Below, one piece after another: positions 25,653 through 35,828 of a stretch of DNA of 64,000 nt (the first letter of the stretch is position 1; each line of letters starts with the position of its first letter). Below the pieces are notes generated by a model. The model was given only the letters and a program-made list of their open reading frames with translations. It did not search any database and had not been told where the DNA came from. This DNA comes from Bacteroidales bacterium (GTDB lineage Bacteria > Bacteroidota > Bacteroidia > Bacteroidales > UBA1715), in contig JAZLFM010000028.1 of NCBI GenBank assembly GCA_045615765.1, positions 7,728-71,727 on the forward strand, written 5' to 3'. A program made the translations under genes and the position numbers.

Positions 25653-27740
25653 CTACTTACATTCCTCATTAAAATACTCCCAAATAAAAACCATGCTCAT
25701 AGTATCTAACTCGCAATAGCGAAGTAAGGCTTTGCATAGGGCTTCTTTTTGTTCGTCTTCGGCAAATTGGATTTTGCTATATGCAACTAATGCAGCGCCG
25801 CCATTTGCAATCGCTTCTGTATCAACCGCAACACTATTTGCTATTTGTTCCAAACATTGGTCTGTTGTTCCCAAATATGTAGCAACAGGAGGCAACAATT
25901 TGTACGGATTTTTCACGTGTCCACTCTCGTCTTTCTGTATCCAAGCAACCGGACCCAAATCGGCATTGCAACTTGGTATTACCGTGCCATAGATAGGCTT
26001 GCTATATTTTTCCTGCAAATAGGTGCTTGAATTGAGCACTGCCGGAAGCACTTGCTTTATAGAATTACTCCCTTTCATTTCGTCGTAATTCATATAATAT
26101 TTCTTTACTATGTCCCACAAATCAACCATATCGCGTTCACCAACACGTTTCCCATCGTGAGTTATAGTAAAAATAAAATCTATTAACTCCTGTTTATCTG
26201 ATTCATGACTAAATGCAAGTTGTTCTGCTATACTATTGAGAATAGTATTCTCGTGGTTCGAATATCGGAAGATAGTTCCGTTGTCGTTTTCTAATTGGCG
26301 TTTTAGCTCTCGCACAAATTCAAAGTTGGGGAAGAACCCTTTTTGAGTGTTCAAATATTGTCCTGCATGTTCTATCTTGCCATCTGCATAAATAATATGA
26401 TGCGAGAATTGAAATGCCACCTGTTCGTACGGCCTCATACCTTTGTAGAACGGCAATGCTACCGCAGTAGTTTCGAAATCTATCATGTGCAACGGATACG
26501 TCCATGTTTCCATTTCTTTACGAATACCCTCTTTGTCCAAATAGATATTTCCATGAATATTATCGCCATATAAATTGCGAATTTCATCTAACACAGACTG
26601 ATTTTTAGTAGCAAATCCTATTTGTAACCACTTACGAGCCGTATGGTGAAGACCACCTTTTTCCGTTGGTTTTAAGTCAATCTCATCCTTGGTTATTTGA
26701 TCAAGAAAATAAACTTGTTTTTTGGTAATAAGACCATTTTTGGATCCCTCTTCACTGGTCATATATGCTCCCCACAACTCTTTCAACAAGGGTTTCTCAA
26801 AATCCACATCTCTAAAATTAGCACGTCGTTTCCAACATTCTTTGTAGCCATCTTTATATCCGTCGTCACCAGGTTGCGTATAGAATTCACACTTATAGCA
26901 TTTTGAGCCCAACTCAAACCATTCTGGTTTAGCATCTCTTGCCTGTAAATCAGATGTAAGTGCAACAAAATCTTGAAATTTACAGCCCATATCTTTTATT
27001 TGCTCATCGGTATCACCAGCAATTATCTTGTCGCAATAGTCATCTACAGGAAAAGCCGTAAGAATTCGCACTTTGCTGTTCTTTATTTTTGAAACTTCAG
27101 ACAACCGTTCGACATAGGATTTATTTTCGTCTCGACAAATTTTAAACATTTGGTTGAGTCCGTCAATGTCGGCAGTTTTTGTTTTATCTGCCATCATTAA
27201 ATATGCCTTCACCGTATATTTGATGTTAGGATAATCCTTCTTCAAAGCATGTTCTACAACATATTTTTGGAAGGTCACGTCATACAGATAGTCCTTAATA
27301 TTCGAGTTGACCGTATTCTGTGTTTTTTTGTTCTTTCCAAAGAACGAATCCTTATTTTCATCCCACGATTTCGCCTTTACTTCTTTAAGGTTAATATGTA
27401 CGCCCCGTTTTTCAAGAATATCAACTCGAACATACATATTTTTATATTGAAAAGCAGCTTCGGCAATATTTACATTTTCCTGCTGCATCAGTTGTTTTGT
27501 ACGCCTAATTGCTTCTTCTCCTTTAATATCTTCGAGGTCATTATCCTCGGGAACATCACAATAGATCTTTGCCAATTCTCCAACCTGGAATCCACCTTCT
27601 GTTAAAGAACGTATAAAATCATCTTCTTCCATTTGATCTTTGTAACCGCCTTCTTCCTTACAATGATTGGAATAATACAGTTTCATGATGCACGAATGTG
27701 CACGTTTAAATTTGGACTTTGTTAATGGTTGCTTAGTCAT
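25653..27740 (-). CDS. DUF2779-domain protein (N-terminal RecB/Cas4-like nuclease, C-terminal RNase H-like domain)
   Basis: LTKSKF...C, RVDIL...EVKA, C-x-x-CEF, IDFET, YEQVAFQFS, SIKQVLP, LLRYCELDT. Confidence 0.82.
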   Translation of the reverse strand: MTKQPLTKSKFKRAHSCIMKLYYSNHCKEEGGYKDQMEEDDFIRSLTEGGFQVGELAKIYCDVPEDNDLEDIKGEEAIRRTKQLMQQENVNIAEAAFQYKNMYVRVDILEKRGVHINLKEVKAKSWDENKDSFFGKNKKTQNTVNSNIKDYLYDVTFQKYVVEHALKKDYPNIKYTVKAYLMMADKTKTADIDGLNQMFKICRDENKSYVERLSEVSKIKNSKVRILTAFPVDDYCDKIIAGDTDEQIKDMGCKFQDFVALTSDLQARDAKPEWFELGSKCYKCEFYTQPGDDGYKDGYKECWKRRANFRDVDFEKPLLKELWGAYMTSEEGSKNGLITKKQVYFLDQITKDEIDLKPTEKGGLHHTARKWLQIGFATKNQSVLDEIRNLYGDNIHGNIYLDKEGIRKEMETWTYPLHMIDFETTAVALPFYKGMRPYEQVAFQFSHHIIYADGKIEHAGQYLNTQKGFFPNFEFVRELKRQLENDNGTIFRYSNHENTILNSIAEQLAFSHESDKQELIDFIFTITHDGKRVGERDMVDLWDIVKKYYMNYDEMKGSNSIKQVLPAVLNSSTYLQEKYSKPIYGTVIPSCNADLGPVAWIQKDESGHVKNPYKLLPPVATYLGTTDQCLEQIANSVAVDTEAIANGGAALVAYSKIQFAEDEQKEALCKALLRYCELDTMSMVFIWEYFNEECK

Positions 27741-27937
27741 ATTTATTTTTATAGCATTTCGTCAAATATATTACAAGATTCTGAAAAAACACATATTTCG
27801 AATATGTAGATTGCAACTCTACAAGACTCTGAAATAATCTTTCCTTCTTTCCCATATATATCAAACACAAATTCAATTAGTGATGAATGGTTATTTAAAT
27901 TTAATTCTATCTTTGCAGTCAAACAAAAATACATGTA

Positions 27938-28933
27938 ATGGAAACAGTTTTAAGTGGCATTCGCCCTACAGGAAACCTACATTTAGGAAACTATTTCGGA
28001 GCATTGAAGAATTTCATCACAATGCAAAATGAATATAATTGCTATTTCTTCATTGCCGACCTTCATTCTCTTACAACCCACCCTACTCCTGAAAATTTAC
28101 AAGGAAATGTTCGTCAAATCCTTGCTGAATATTTAGCTGCAGGTCTTGACCCAGAAAAAGCGACGATTTACATTCAAAGCGATGTTAAAGAAGTCATTGA
28201 ATTGTACTTGTATTTAAATATGAATGCATACCTAGGTGAACTAGAACGATGCACTTCTTTTAAAGATAAAATTCGTTTACAACCACAAAACGTAAATGCT
28301 GGTTTGTTAACATATCCAACATTGATGGCGTCGGATATTCTTATTCACAGAGCTACAAAAGTTCCTGTAGGAAAAGACCAAGAGCAACACTTGGAAATGA
28401 CTCGTACATTCGCTGCTCGTTTCAATAGAATGTACAATGTTGACTATTTCCCAGAACCTGAAGCATTCAACTTTGGAAAGCAATTAGTAAAAATTCCTGG
28501 TTTGAATGGTAGCGGAAAAATGGGAAAATCGGAAGGTGAAGGTAACGCTATTTATTTAGCTGATTCTCCAGAAGCTATCCGCAAAAAAGTTATGAAGGCA
28601 AAAACTGATTCGGGACCAACAGAACCAAATCAACAAAAGCCAGAAGAAATTGAAAATCTATTCCTTTTAATGAAAGCCGTTTCTAAACCTGAAACAGTTC
28701 AATATTTTGATGACTTATATAATTCTTGCCAAATCCGCTATGGTGATATGAAAAAACAATTGGCAGAAGATATGATTCAATTTGTTGCTCCATTTAGCGA
28801 AAAGATTCAATCTTATTTGAGCGACAAAGATTACCTTGACAAGGTTGCAAAAATGGGCGCAGAAAAAGCTCGTGAAAGTGCTGTAAAAACAATCCGTGAC
28901 GTACGCGAAATCATTGGTTTTAAAGCTTATTAA
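27938..28933 (+). CDS. trpS: Tryptophanyl-tRNA synthetase
   Basis: SGIRPTG-x-LHLGNY (HIGH), VPVGKDQ, KMGKS (KMSKS). Confidence 0.97.
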   Translation: METVLSGIRPTGNLHLGNYFGALKNFITMQNEYNCYFFIADLHSLTTHPTPENLQGNVRQILAEYLAAGLDPEKATIYIQSDVKEVIELYLYLNMNAYLGELERCTSFKDKIRLQPQNVNAGLLTYPTLMASDILIHRATKVPVGKDQEQHLEMTRTFAARFNRMYNVDYFPEPEAFNFGKQLVKIPGLNGSGKMGKSEGEGNAIYLADSPEAIRKKVMKAKTDSGPTEPNQQKPEEIENLFLLMKAVSKPETVQYFDDLYNSCQIRYGDMKKQLAEDMIQFVAPFSEKIQSYLSDKDYLDKVAKMGAEKARESAVKTIRDVREIIGFKAY

Positions 28934-28951
28934 TATCTAAGACAGATATAT

Positions 28952-28983
28952 AAAAAAAGGACTACAATTGTAGTCCTTTTTTT
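28952..28983. terminator. Bidirectional terminator trpS/rsgA
   Basis: Perfect palindrome AAAAAAAGGACTACAATTGTAGTCCTTTTTTT. Confidence 0.9.
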
Positions 28984-29915
28984 TATTGTGCTTCACGATG
29001 TTTCGCATTCTTGTCATCCATAAATGTGAGATAATTTTGATATCGACTTATCGCTATATGCCCTTCTTCTACCGCTTTTACCACATTACAGTTTGGCTCG
29101 TGTGAATGGGTACAATTATAGAACTGACAGTCCGAGGAATAACGGAATATTTCTGGAAAATAGTGACCCATTTCTTCTTCCTCCAAATTCAATAATCCAA
29201 AAGCTTTGACACCCGGAGTATCGATAATCATTCCTTTGTTATCGGTTTCATACATTTCCGCAAAAGTGGTGGTATGTTGTCCTTTATGGAAAGATTTAGA
29301 AATCTCGCTTGTTTTCAATTCCGACAAATTGGTCAGCCATTTTATTATTGATGTCTTCCCTACTCCCGAATTTCCAGAAAAAACCGAAACTTTACCCGCA
29401 AGTCTATTCTTTAGTTCTTGCATATTGTAGCCAGTTGTGGTCGATACGCACAGAAAATCATATCCGGCCAATCTATATATTTCTTTCCACTCGGACACTA
29501 TCGCCTGGTCTTCTTCCGATTGATATAAATCATATTTGTTTAGAAGTATTGTACAAGGAATATCGTATGCTTCTGCTGAGACCAAAAATCTATCAATAAA
29601 CTGCAATAATGTTTGTGGAGAATGAATCGTAACCACAATATAAGCCATATCTACATTAGCAGCAATAATTTGCGACTCCTTAGAAAGATTCGAAGCCTTA
29701 CGAATAATGTAGTTTTTACGATCAACTATATTGTCAATTATTCCATTTTCTTCGTTTTCGTATTCAAAAGTGACATAATCTCCTACCGCAATAGGATTTG
29801 TACTGCGAATACCATTCAAACGCAACTTTCCTTTTACACGACAATCTATAACTTTATTGTCGTCAACACGAACCTTATAGTTATTGCCAGTAGATTTTAT
29901 AACAAGTCCTTTCAT
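28983..29915 (-). CDS. rsgA: Ribosome small-subunit-dependent GTPase A
   Basis: NKYD, GNSGVGKT, GQHTTT, DTPG and C-terminal C-x-F-x-x-C-x-H-x-x-EP-x-C zinc finger. Confidence 0.96.
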   Translation of the reverse strand: MKGLVIKSTGNNYKVRVDDNKVIDCRVKGKLRLNGIRSTNPIAVGDYVTFEYENEENGIIDNIVDRKNYIIRKASNLSKESQIIAANVDMAYIVVTIHSPQTLLQFIDRFLVSAEAYDIPCTILLNKYDLYQSEEDQAIVSEWKEIYRLAGYDFLCVSTTTGYNMQELKNRLAGKVSVFSGNSGVGKTSIIKWLTNLSELKTSEISKSFHKGQHTTTFAEMYETDNKGMIIDTPGVKAFGLLNLEEEEMGHYFPEIFRYSSDCQFYNCTHSHEPNCNVVKAVEEGHIAISRYQNYLTFMDDKNAKHREAQ

Positions 29916-30337
29916 TATTTCTTCAAGGTCAAGTTATTAATGCCATTTACGGCAAATTCTTTCTCGTATTTTTTTATGAGTTCATTTTGCTTTTTCTCGT
30001 ATTCACGAGGAGAAAGTTGACTTGCACCCATTGCTTCCAAATCGCGATTTGCCATACGAATAATCAACTCTTCCCAGAAAGTATGCTCATCATATTTTTC
30101 TATGATTGCATCGCAATCTTCCTCAAATTCTTCGCAAGGAACATAACCACCTAATTTTTTATCAAATTCAATGTCATCATTTCCTTGACGATAGGCACTT
30201 TCGTATAAATTTTGTTCCAATGCATCAACATCATTTGCATTTGGAGCAGGTTCGTATGCCTGAAGTACCCATTCTCCCATATACAACAATTGAAGAAGAT
30301 CTTGGAATTGCTTATCTGTAAGTTCTATTTTTGCCAT
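29915..30337 (-). CDS. Hypothetical acidic protein
   Basis: 140-aa ORF translationally coupled between nspC and rsgA. Confidence 0.75.
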   Translation of the reverse strand: MAKIELTDKQFQDLLQLLYMGEWVLQAYEPAPNANDVDALEQNLYESAYRQGNDDIEFDKKLGGYVPCEEFEEDCDAIIEKYDEHTFWEELIIRMANRDLEAMGASQLSPREYEKKQNELIKKYEKEFAVNGINNLTLKK

Positions 30338-30339
30338 AA

Positions 30340-31476
30340 TTAACTTAATCTATCTCTAAAATCTGCGTATGTAAATTTACGTATACATTCATCTGTCCCA
30401 TCTTCATGTTCTATCCAAATAGAAGGGTGACGAACACCATTGAATGTTGTTGTTTTTACCATTGTATAATGCATCATATCTTCAAGAATAATACAATCTC
30501 CAACTTGTAATGGTTTCTCAAAGTAATACGGCATCATAAAATCTCCTGCCAAACAAGAATTTCCTCCTATTCTATAAGCAAACCAGCCATCAACTTTTTC
30601 AGAAGACGCCTCACGAATGGCAGGTCGATATGGCATTTCCAAGGTATCTGGCATGTGGGCAGCAAAAGATACATCTAAAATTGCCGTTGGATTTTCTCCA
30701 TAATTAACTATATCCAAAACTTTTGCCTTCAAAACACCTGTTTGCCATCCAATAGCTCCACCAGGCTCAAGGATGACCTTCACACTGTATTTTTGTTTAA
30801 ATGTCTTCAGTAATTCGATTACATGTTCTGGCTTATAATCCTTATGAGTAATTAAATGTCCACCACCCATATTTACCCATTTCGCCGAATGCAACAAATG
30901 TCCAAAACGTTCTTCCAACGAAGCAAGAACTCGTTCCAACGAATAGGAATCATTTTCGCATAAAGCATGGAAGTGAATTCCATCGACACCTTCAGGCAAA
31001 CCATTTTTCAATTCATCCACGGGTATTCCAAGACGAGAATTCGGAGAGCAAGGATTATACAATTCAGTAGTTACATCGCTATAACCTGGATTAACACGAA
31101 GTCCCATAGAAACCCCATATTTCTTACAAATGTCCTTGTAACTATTGAATTGTGTCAACGAATTAAATGTAATATGAGAACTGCATTTGGCAATTTCTTC
31201 TATTTCGTCTGGAGCATATACAGGAGCAAACGTATGTGCTTTTGAACCCATATAATCAACACACAATTGTGCTTCCCAAAGCGAACTTGCCGTTGCACCT
31301 GCAAGATATTGTTTTACCATTGGAAACGACTTCCACAAGGCATATCCTTTCAATGCAAGAATAATAGATACTCCAGCTTGTTTCGACACATTCGATATTT
31401 TCTCCAAATTTCTTCGCAACAAAGATTCTTCCAATATAAATGCCGGCGAAGGAATGTTTGAATAGTAGTTTTTCAT
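30340..31476 (-). CDS. nspC: Carboxynorspermidine decarboxylase
   Basis: LALKG, YNPCSPNSRLG, HFHALCE, NMGGGH, LEPG, SCLAGD, HYTMVKTTTFNG. Confidence 0.95.
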   Translation of the reverse strand: MKNYYSNIPSPAFILEESLLRRNLEKISNVSKQAGVSIILALKGYALWKSFPMVKQYLAGATASSLWEAQLCVDYMGSKAHTFAPVYAPDEIEEIAKCSSHITFNSLTQFNSYKDICKKYGVSMGLRVNPGYSDVTTELYNPCSPNSRLGIPVDELKNGLPEGVDGIHFHALCENDSYSLERVLASLEERFGHLLHSAKWVNMGGGHLITHKDYKPEHVIELLKTFKQKYSVKVILEPGGAIGWQTGVLKAKVLDIVNYGENPTAILDVSFAAHMPDTLEMPYRPAIREASSEKVDGWFAYRIGGNSCLAGDFMMPYYFEKPLQVGDCIILEDMMHYTMVKTTTFNGVRHPSIWIEHEDGTDECIRKFTYADFRDRLS

Positions 31477-31569
31477 TAGAACTATTTGTTTTCTACAAAA
31501 GTAACATTAATTACCAATAGAGAATTGACAATTGAAAATTTTGTTTGAATTGACATTGATATGTTACAA

Positions 31570-31603
31570 AAATGGGATAAACCAATTTTGATTTATCCCA
31601 TTT
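31570..31603. terminator. Hairpin after the saccharopine dehydrogenase gene
   Basis: AAATGGGATAAA...TTTATCCCATTT. Confidence 0.6.
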
Positions 31604-31652
31604 ATAATCTGTTTTTCACATAAGGGCGTATGCGATACGGCCCCACTGTTCA

Positions 31653-32861
31653 TTAATATGTCAATTCCAAATCGATGTCTTCTTTTACTTCGAAAGGAAG
31701 TCCATGTTTACCAATAACTTCCATGAATGGATCTGGATCAAATTCTTCTACGTTGAATACACCTGCACCGCTCCATTTACCTGTTAAGAACATCATTGCA
31801 CCTGTCATAGCAGGAACACCTGTTGTGTAGGAAACACCTTGCGCACCTGTTTCCTTGTATGCAGCTTGGTGGCTACAGTTATTCCAGATATAGACAGTTT
31901 TTTCCTTGCCATCCTTTATACCTTTGGCACGACAACCGATAGATGTTTCGCCTGTATAATTGTCACCCAATGTTTCAGGAGCAGGCAATGTTTCTTTCAA
32001 GAATTGAAGAGGTACGATTTCAACACCTTTATACATAATAGGCTTAATACTTGCCATACCAATATTTTGAATTACACGAAGGTGAGTCAAATATTCATCA
32101 CCAAAAGTCATGAAGAAACGAGCTTGTTTTATTGAAGGAAAATTCTTCACAAGCGATTCCAATTCTTCGTGATACATCAAATACGAATTACGAACGCCAA
32201 TGTTTGGATATGTCAATGGGAACATAATTTCTTGTGGTTCTGTTTCTACCCATTCACCATTTTTCCAATAGCGACCTTTTTGAGTGATTTCACGAATATT
32301 GATTTCAGGGTTGAAATTTGTAGCGAAAGCCTTTCCGTGATCACCGCCATTACAGTCAACAATATCCAAGTAATGAATTTCGTCGAAATAATGTTTTGCA
32401 AGATAAGCTGTATAAACTTGGCTTTGTCCTGGGTCGAAACCACAACCAAGAATTGCAGTCAATCCTTTTTCTTTGAACTTATCTTGGTACGCCCATTGCC
32501 AGCTATATTCGAATTTTGCAACGTCTTTAGGCTCATAGTTTGCCGTATCCATATAGTTTACTCCTGCTTCAAGACAAGCATCCATAATGCAAAGATCTTG
32601 ATATGGAAGAGCAACGTTAATAACTAATTTAGGTTGAAATGATTTAATCAACTGAACCAAAGCAGGAACATCCTCCGCATCGATTTGAGCTGTTTGAATT
32701 TTTCTACCAAGTTTTTCCTCTATAATACCAGCAATTTTATCGCACTTAGATTTTGTACGACTTGCCAACATAATGTCAGAAAAGACTTCTGGATATTGTG
32801 CACACTTAAATGTCACAACCTGGCTTACACCGCCAGCACCAATGATTAAAACTTTTGCCAT
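31653..32861 (-). CDS. Saccharopine dehydrogenase family (carboxynorspermidine dehydrogenase)
   Basis: IIGAGGV, NVALPYQD, DTANYEP, GCGFDPG, FATNFNPEINIRE; paired with nspC; start at MAKVL. Confidence 0.93.
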   Translation of the reverse strand: MAKVLIIGAGGVSQVVTFKCAQYPEVFSDIMLASRTKSKCDKIAGIIEEKLGRKIQTAQIDAEDVPALVQLIKSFQPKLVINVALPYQDLCIMDACLEAGVNYMDTANYEPKDVAKFEYSWQWAYQDKFKEKGLTAILGCGFDPGQSQVYTAYLAKHYFDEIHYLDIVDCNGGDHGKAFATNFNPEINIREITQKGRYWKNGEWVETEPQEIMFPLTYPNIGVRNSYLMYHEELESLVKNFPSIKQARFFMTFGDEYLTHLRVIQNIGMASIKPIMYKGVEIVPLQFLKETLPAPETLGDNYTGETSIGCRAKGIKDGKEKTVYIWNNCSHQAAYKETGAQGVSYTTGVPAMTGAMMFLTGKWSGAGVFNVEEFDPDPFMEVIGKHGLPFEVKEDIDLELTY

Positions 32862-33034
32862 TTTAGTTCGTATTAATTTTGCATAAAAGTAGGAAAAAAA
32901 TTTATTCAACAGCAATATTTCACTAAAATGACATTCTTGGGGGAAAACAAACTATAAGATATATTTATACAAAAAATAGCCGAAAGGAACAATGTTCTTG
33001 TCACTCCTATCGGCTATTTTATAAATAGTTTCAA

Positions 33035-33379
33035 TTACATTTTAGTTTTATACACCGAATAAATAACTATTACAAAAAGCAAAAACAACACTCCATTTAT
33101 AATAATATATGGAGCAACTGTGAAATTGAAAAAGGCAATTATTAAATTCGACAAAAAGAAAACAACACTAAAAATTCCAGCAACAATCTTAGCATTCACA
33201 GCAGTTCCTTGTTTGTCAAACGAAATTCCTAACAATGCAATATTAGAACATGCCAACAGTATAAAACTACCAACACTTAGCAATATATAATATTCACTTT
33301 TGGTTAGAGTTCCGAAAGCATACGCAATCAGAGCACTCAACGCAATTGCTACAATGGTTAAAATTGGATTACATTTCAT
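33035..33379 (-). CDS. Four-TM membrane protein
   Basis: Four hydrophobic segments; last gene of the SPFH operon, followed by a hairpin at ~32972-33020. Confidence 0.8.
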   Translation of the reverse strand: MKCNPILTIVAIALSALIAYAFGTLTKSEYYILLSVGSFILLACSNIALLGISFDKQGTAVNAKIVAGIFSVVFFLSNLIIAFFNFTVAPYIIINGVLFLLFVIVIYSVYKTKM

Positions 33380-33382
33380 AAA

Positions 33383-33724
33383 TTACATATTAAATGGTGG
33401 AGGCATTAAAGCCACTAACTTTAACACTTCTGGAATTTGTTCCGCAGGTTGCCAACTTGTTAAACCTGGTTTCCATACATACGAATCCTTTGTGACTTTT
33501 TTGTTAGCAATAAGGTTTGACAATTCTTTCTCCGAAATAGGTCCTACCTGTTGCCCATCTATCATCACATAATAAAACTGCTGTGGTTGAATCGGATTCA
33601 TTGCACCTGGCACTTGCATGTTTTGCATCGCATAATTCATGGTTTGTACCATTTGCTGCGCCATAGCCATTCCCATTCCAAATTCCACTAAACGATCTAT
33701 GGAAAAAAAACTATTTTCGTTCAT
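33383..33724 (-). CDS. GYF_2 (DUF4339) domain protein
   Basis: YYV-x-IDGQQVGP...YVWKPGL-x-x-W; start placed at MNENSFFSIDRLVEFG. Confidence 0.85.
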   Translation of the reverse strand: MNENSFFSIDRLVEFGMGMAMAQQMVQTMNYAMQNMQVPGAMNPIQPQQFYYVMIDGQQVGPISEKELSNLIANKKVTKDSYVWKPGLTSWQPAEQIPEVLKLVALMPPPFNM

Positions 33725-33785
33725 ATACTGTACTTTTATAGACCTATTATTGACTTCAAGTATGCTTTTGTTGTAATTATTCACT

Positions 33786-35141
33786 TTACATTCCTGGAAC
33801 TGGAGGAGGTGGCGGAACTGCACCAAACAAATGCGACAATTCTTGCACATTGCCTGCAAGTTCCCAATTAGCCATTCCTTGTTTCCATACGTACGTATTA
33901 GTTGTTAATTGACCACCTTGCACCATTTGAGCAAGCTGTTGCATATTGAACGGACCTGCATTTTGTCCATTAACATTAACCGTATATTGTACTTGTGGAG
34001 GCGGTGGAGGGGTGTTCATACTCTGTTGCATTGTTTGGTTAACATTTTGCCCCATCGTATTCATCATTCCAGCCATTTGTTGACCCATCGCACCTCCCAT
34101 CATCATACCTGTCATCATACCAGCAGGGTTCATTCCTCCGCCGTTTCCCATGTTCATGGTTCCCATCTGACCTAAATTACTAGCAGCAGTTTGCAACACA
34201 CTTGTTTGTTGGTCAAGAGCATGAGCGCCCATAAAGTTTGTTTCTGTTTGTAAACGCTGAGCTCGTTGTGCCTCTTCGCGTTGGATACGCATGGTTTCTT
34301 CCATGTTGTGAGCATTTATATTTTGCATATCCTGCATATTTTTAATGTTCACATTTGTTTGTGCCTCAATAGTTTTTGTTTGTTGGTCAGCTGTTACGCG
34401 ACGTAATTCTCTATAACCATCGCTTTCCTTATCTGCATCTATCACAGAAATATCTAAAGCCTTTACATTTACGCCAAAATCGTTTTCCAATCGAGGCTTA
34501 ACATACGCTTGAACTACATCGCTTATTTCCAATATTTTGCGTTCCATTTGAAGAACTGGAATACCTTTATCCGAAGGGATGTTGGTTACAACACCTTTCA
34601 CATATTTTTTAACGGCATCCATGATTTGCTTCTTGAAATCCTCCAAATCAAAATTTATTAAACGGTTTAGTTTAATAAATCCTTTGTAGTCTGTAATATT
34701 GAAAGTTATTGCACCACCTACAGCAACAGGAACTGCATAATCCAAGAAACGAGGATCGAACACATCGAAATATGGCACACGGAATTTTATTTGTACATTG
34801 CCGGCAAGATTAATAAAATACACCTCTGCCTGAAATGGTGTAGCGCCACCAAATGCCAAACCTACAATGCCAGAAAGTATTGGGAAATTAGCCGTTTTTA
34901 TAGTATCATCGTGAGGACCCATAATAAAATCTTGGGAATCTCCACCTTCTTGTTTATACACAAAAACAGCAACTTCGCCATCCTTTACACGCAAACTACT
35001 GCCATAGCGAATGGCATTCTCTTTTTTTGTGGAATTAGCATCTCCAGAAGGACGCCATTTCCAAATTAGGTACTCAGGTTCATCGCAACGGATGACATCC
35101 ATTAAACTACCTTCTGATTTATCTCTGCTAAATAGACCCAT
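33786..35141 (-). CDS. SPFH/Band-7 (YdjI-like) protein with C-terminal GYF_2 domain
   Basis: DVIRCDEPEYLIWKW, GGATPFQAEVYFIN, coiled coil, Met/Gly-rich linker, NGQNAGPF...YVWKQGMANW. Confidence 0.88.
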   Translation of the reverse strand: MGLFSRDKSEGSLMDVIRCDEPEYLIWKWRPSGDANSTKKENAIRYGSSLRVKDGEVAVFVYKQEGGDSQDFIMGPHDDTIKTANFPILSGIVGLAFGGATPFQAEVYFINLAGNVQIKFRVPYFDVFDPRFLDYAVPVAVGGAITFNITDYKGFIKLNRLINFDLEDFKKQIMDAVKKYVKGVVTNIPSDKGIPVLQMERKILEISDVVQAYVKPRLENDFGVNVKALDISVIDADKESDGYRELRRVTADQQTKTIEAQTNVNIKNMQDMQNINAHNMEETMRIQREEAQRAQRLQTETNFMGAHALDQQTSVLQTAASNLGQMGTMNMGNGGGMNPAGMMTGMMMGGAMGQQMAGMMNTMGQNVNQTMQQSMNTPPPPPQVQYTVNVNGQNAGPFNMQQLAQMVQGGQLTTNTYVWKQGMANWELAGNVQELSHLFGAVPPPPPVPGM

Positions 35142-35169
35142 GGTTAGTTATTACATACTATTGAAATAT

Positions 35170-35820
35170 TTACTTAACAAACTTATTCACAAAACGACTT
35201 AATACAAGACCTATAATCGCTGCTGGCATACCAAAATTAAATAGAAATCTTGCAATACGCCGAAATTCTAAAGCAAGCCCAAGATTAGCATAACGTAGAG
35301 CCCCATGTAAAATCAAAAATAAAAAATACCCAACAACACTAACAATCAAACACATTATAGAATACCTTACGAAATACTTCCGAGCTTTTTCACGACGGGC
35401 ATTTAACTCATCATCCTCCACAAGCAAAGTTTTAAACAAACTATCCTCAGGATATAACATACGAATTCTTGCCATACACTCATCATATTTTGCAGAGAAT
35501 GCTGACCCCAAAGAAAACAAACCAAAAGGATCAACAGGATTAAAATTATCATTTTTTAATCCTTTTAAAGATGTAACAAATGTGAATAAGTCTTCTTTTG
35601 CTGTTGGTATCTGAAACGCCTTTATAAAATCTTTCTTTTTTTCAATATCATTGAGTTTCATGAATCCGTTTGTAAATTCTTTTGCAGAAGATATCACCCC
35701 AACATTCCTAAATTCATATCCACACTCTTTACATTTACCAGCTAAGGTTTCTACTACTGCACCACAATTAGGACATTTTTGAATGTCTCCCATTTTTGTT
35801 GAACGATATTCGTTTTCCAT
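35170..35820 (-). CDS. Zinc-ribbon protein with C-terminal TM helices
   Basis: KCPNCGA...CKECGYEF; two hydrophobic segments at the C-terminus. Confidence 0.8.
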   Translation of the reverse strand: MENEYRSTKMGDIQKCPNCGAVVETLAGKCKECGYEFRNVGVISSAKEFTNGFMKLNDIEKKKDFIKAFQIPTAKEDLFTFVTSLKGLKNDNFNPVDPFGLFSLGSAFSAKYDECMARIRMLYPEDSLFKTLLVEDDELNARREKARKYFVRYSIMCLIVSVVGYFLFLILHGALRYANLGLALEFRRIARFLFNFGMPAAIIGLVLSRFVNKFVK

Positions 35821-35828
35821 ATTTTAAA

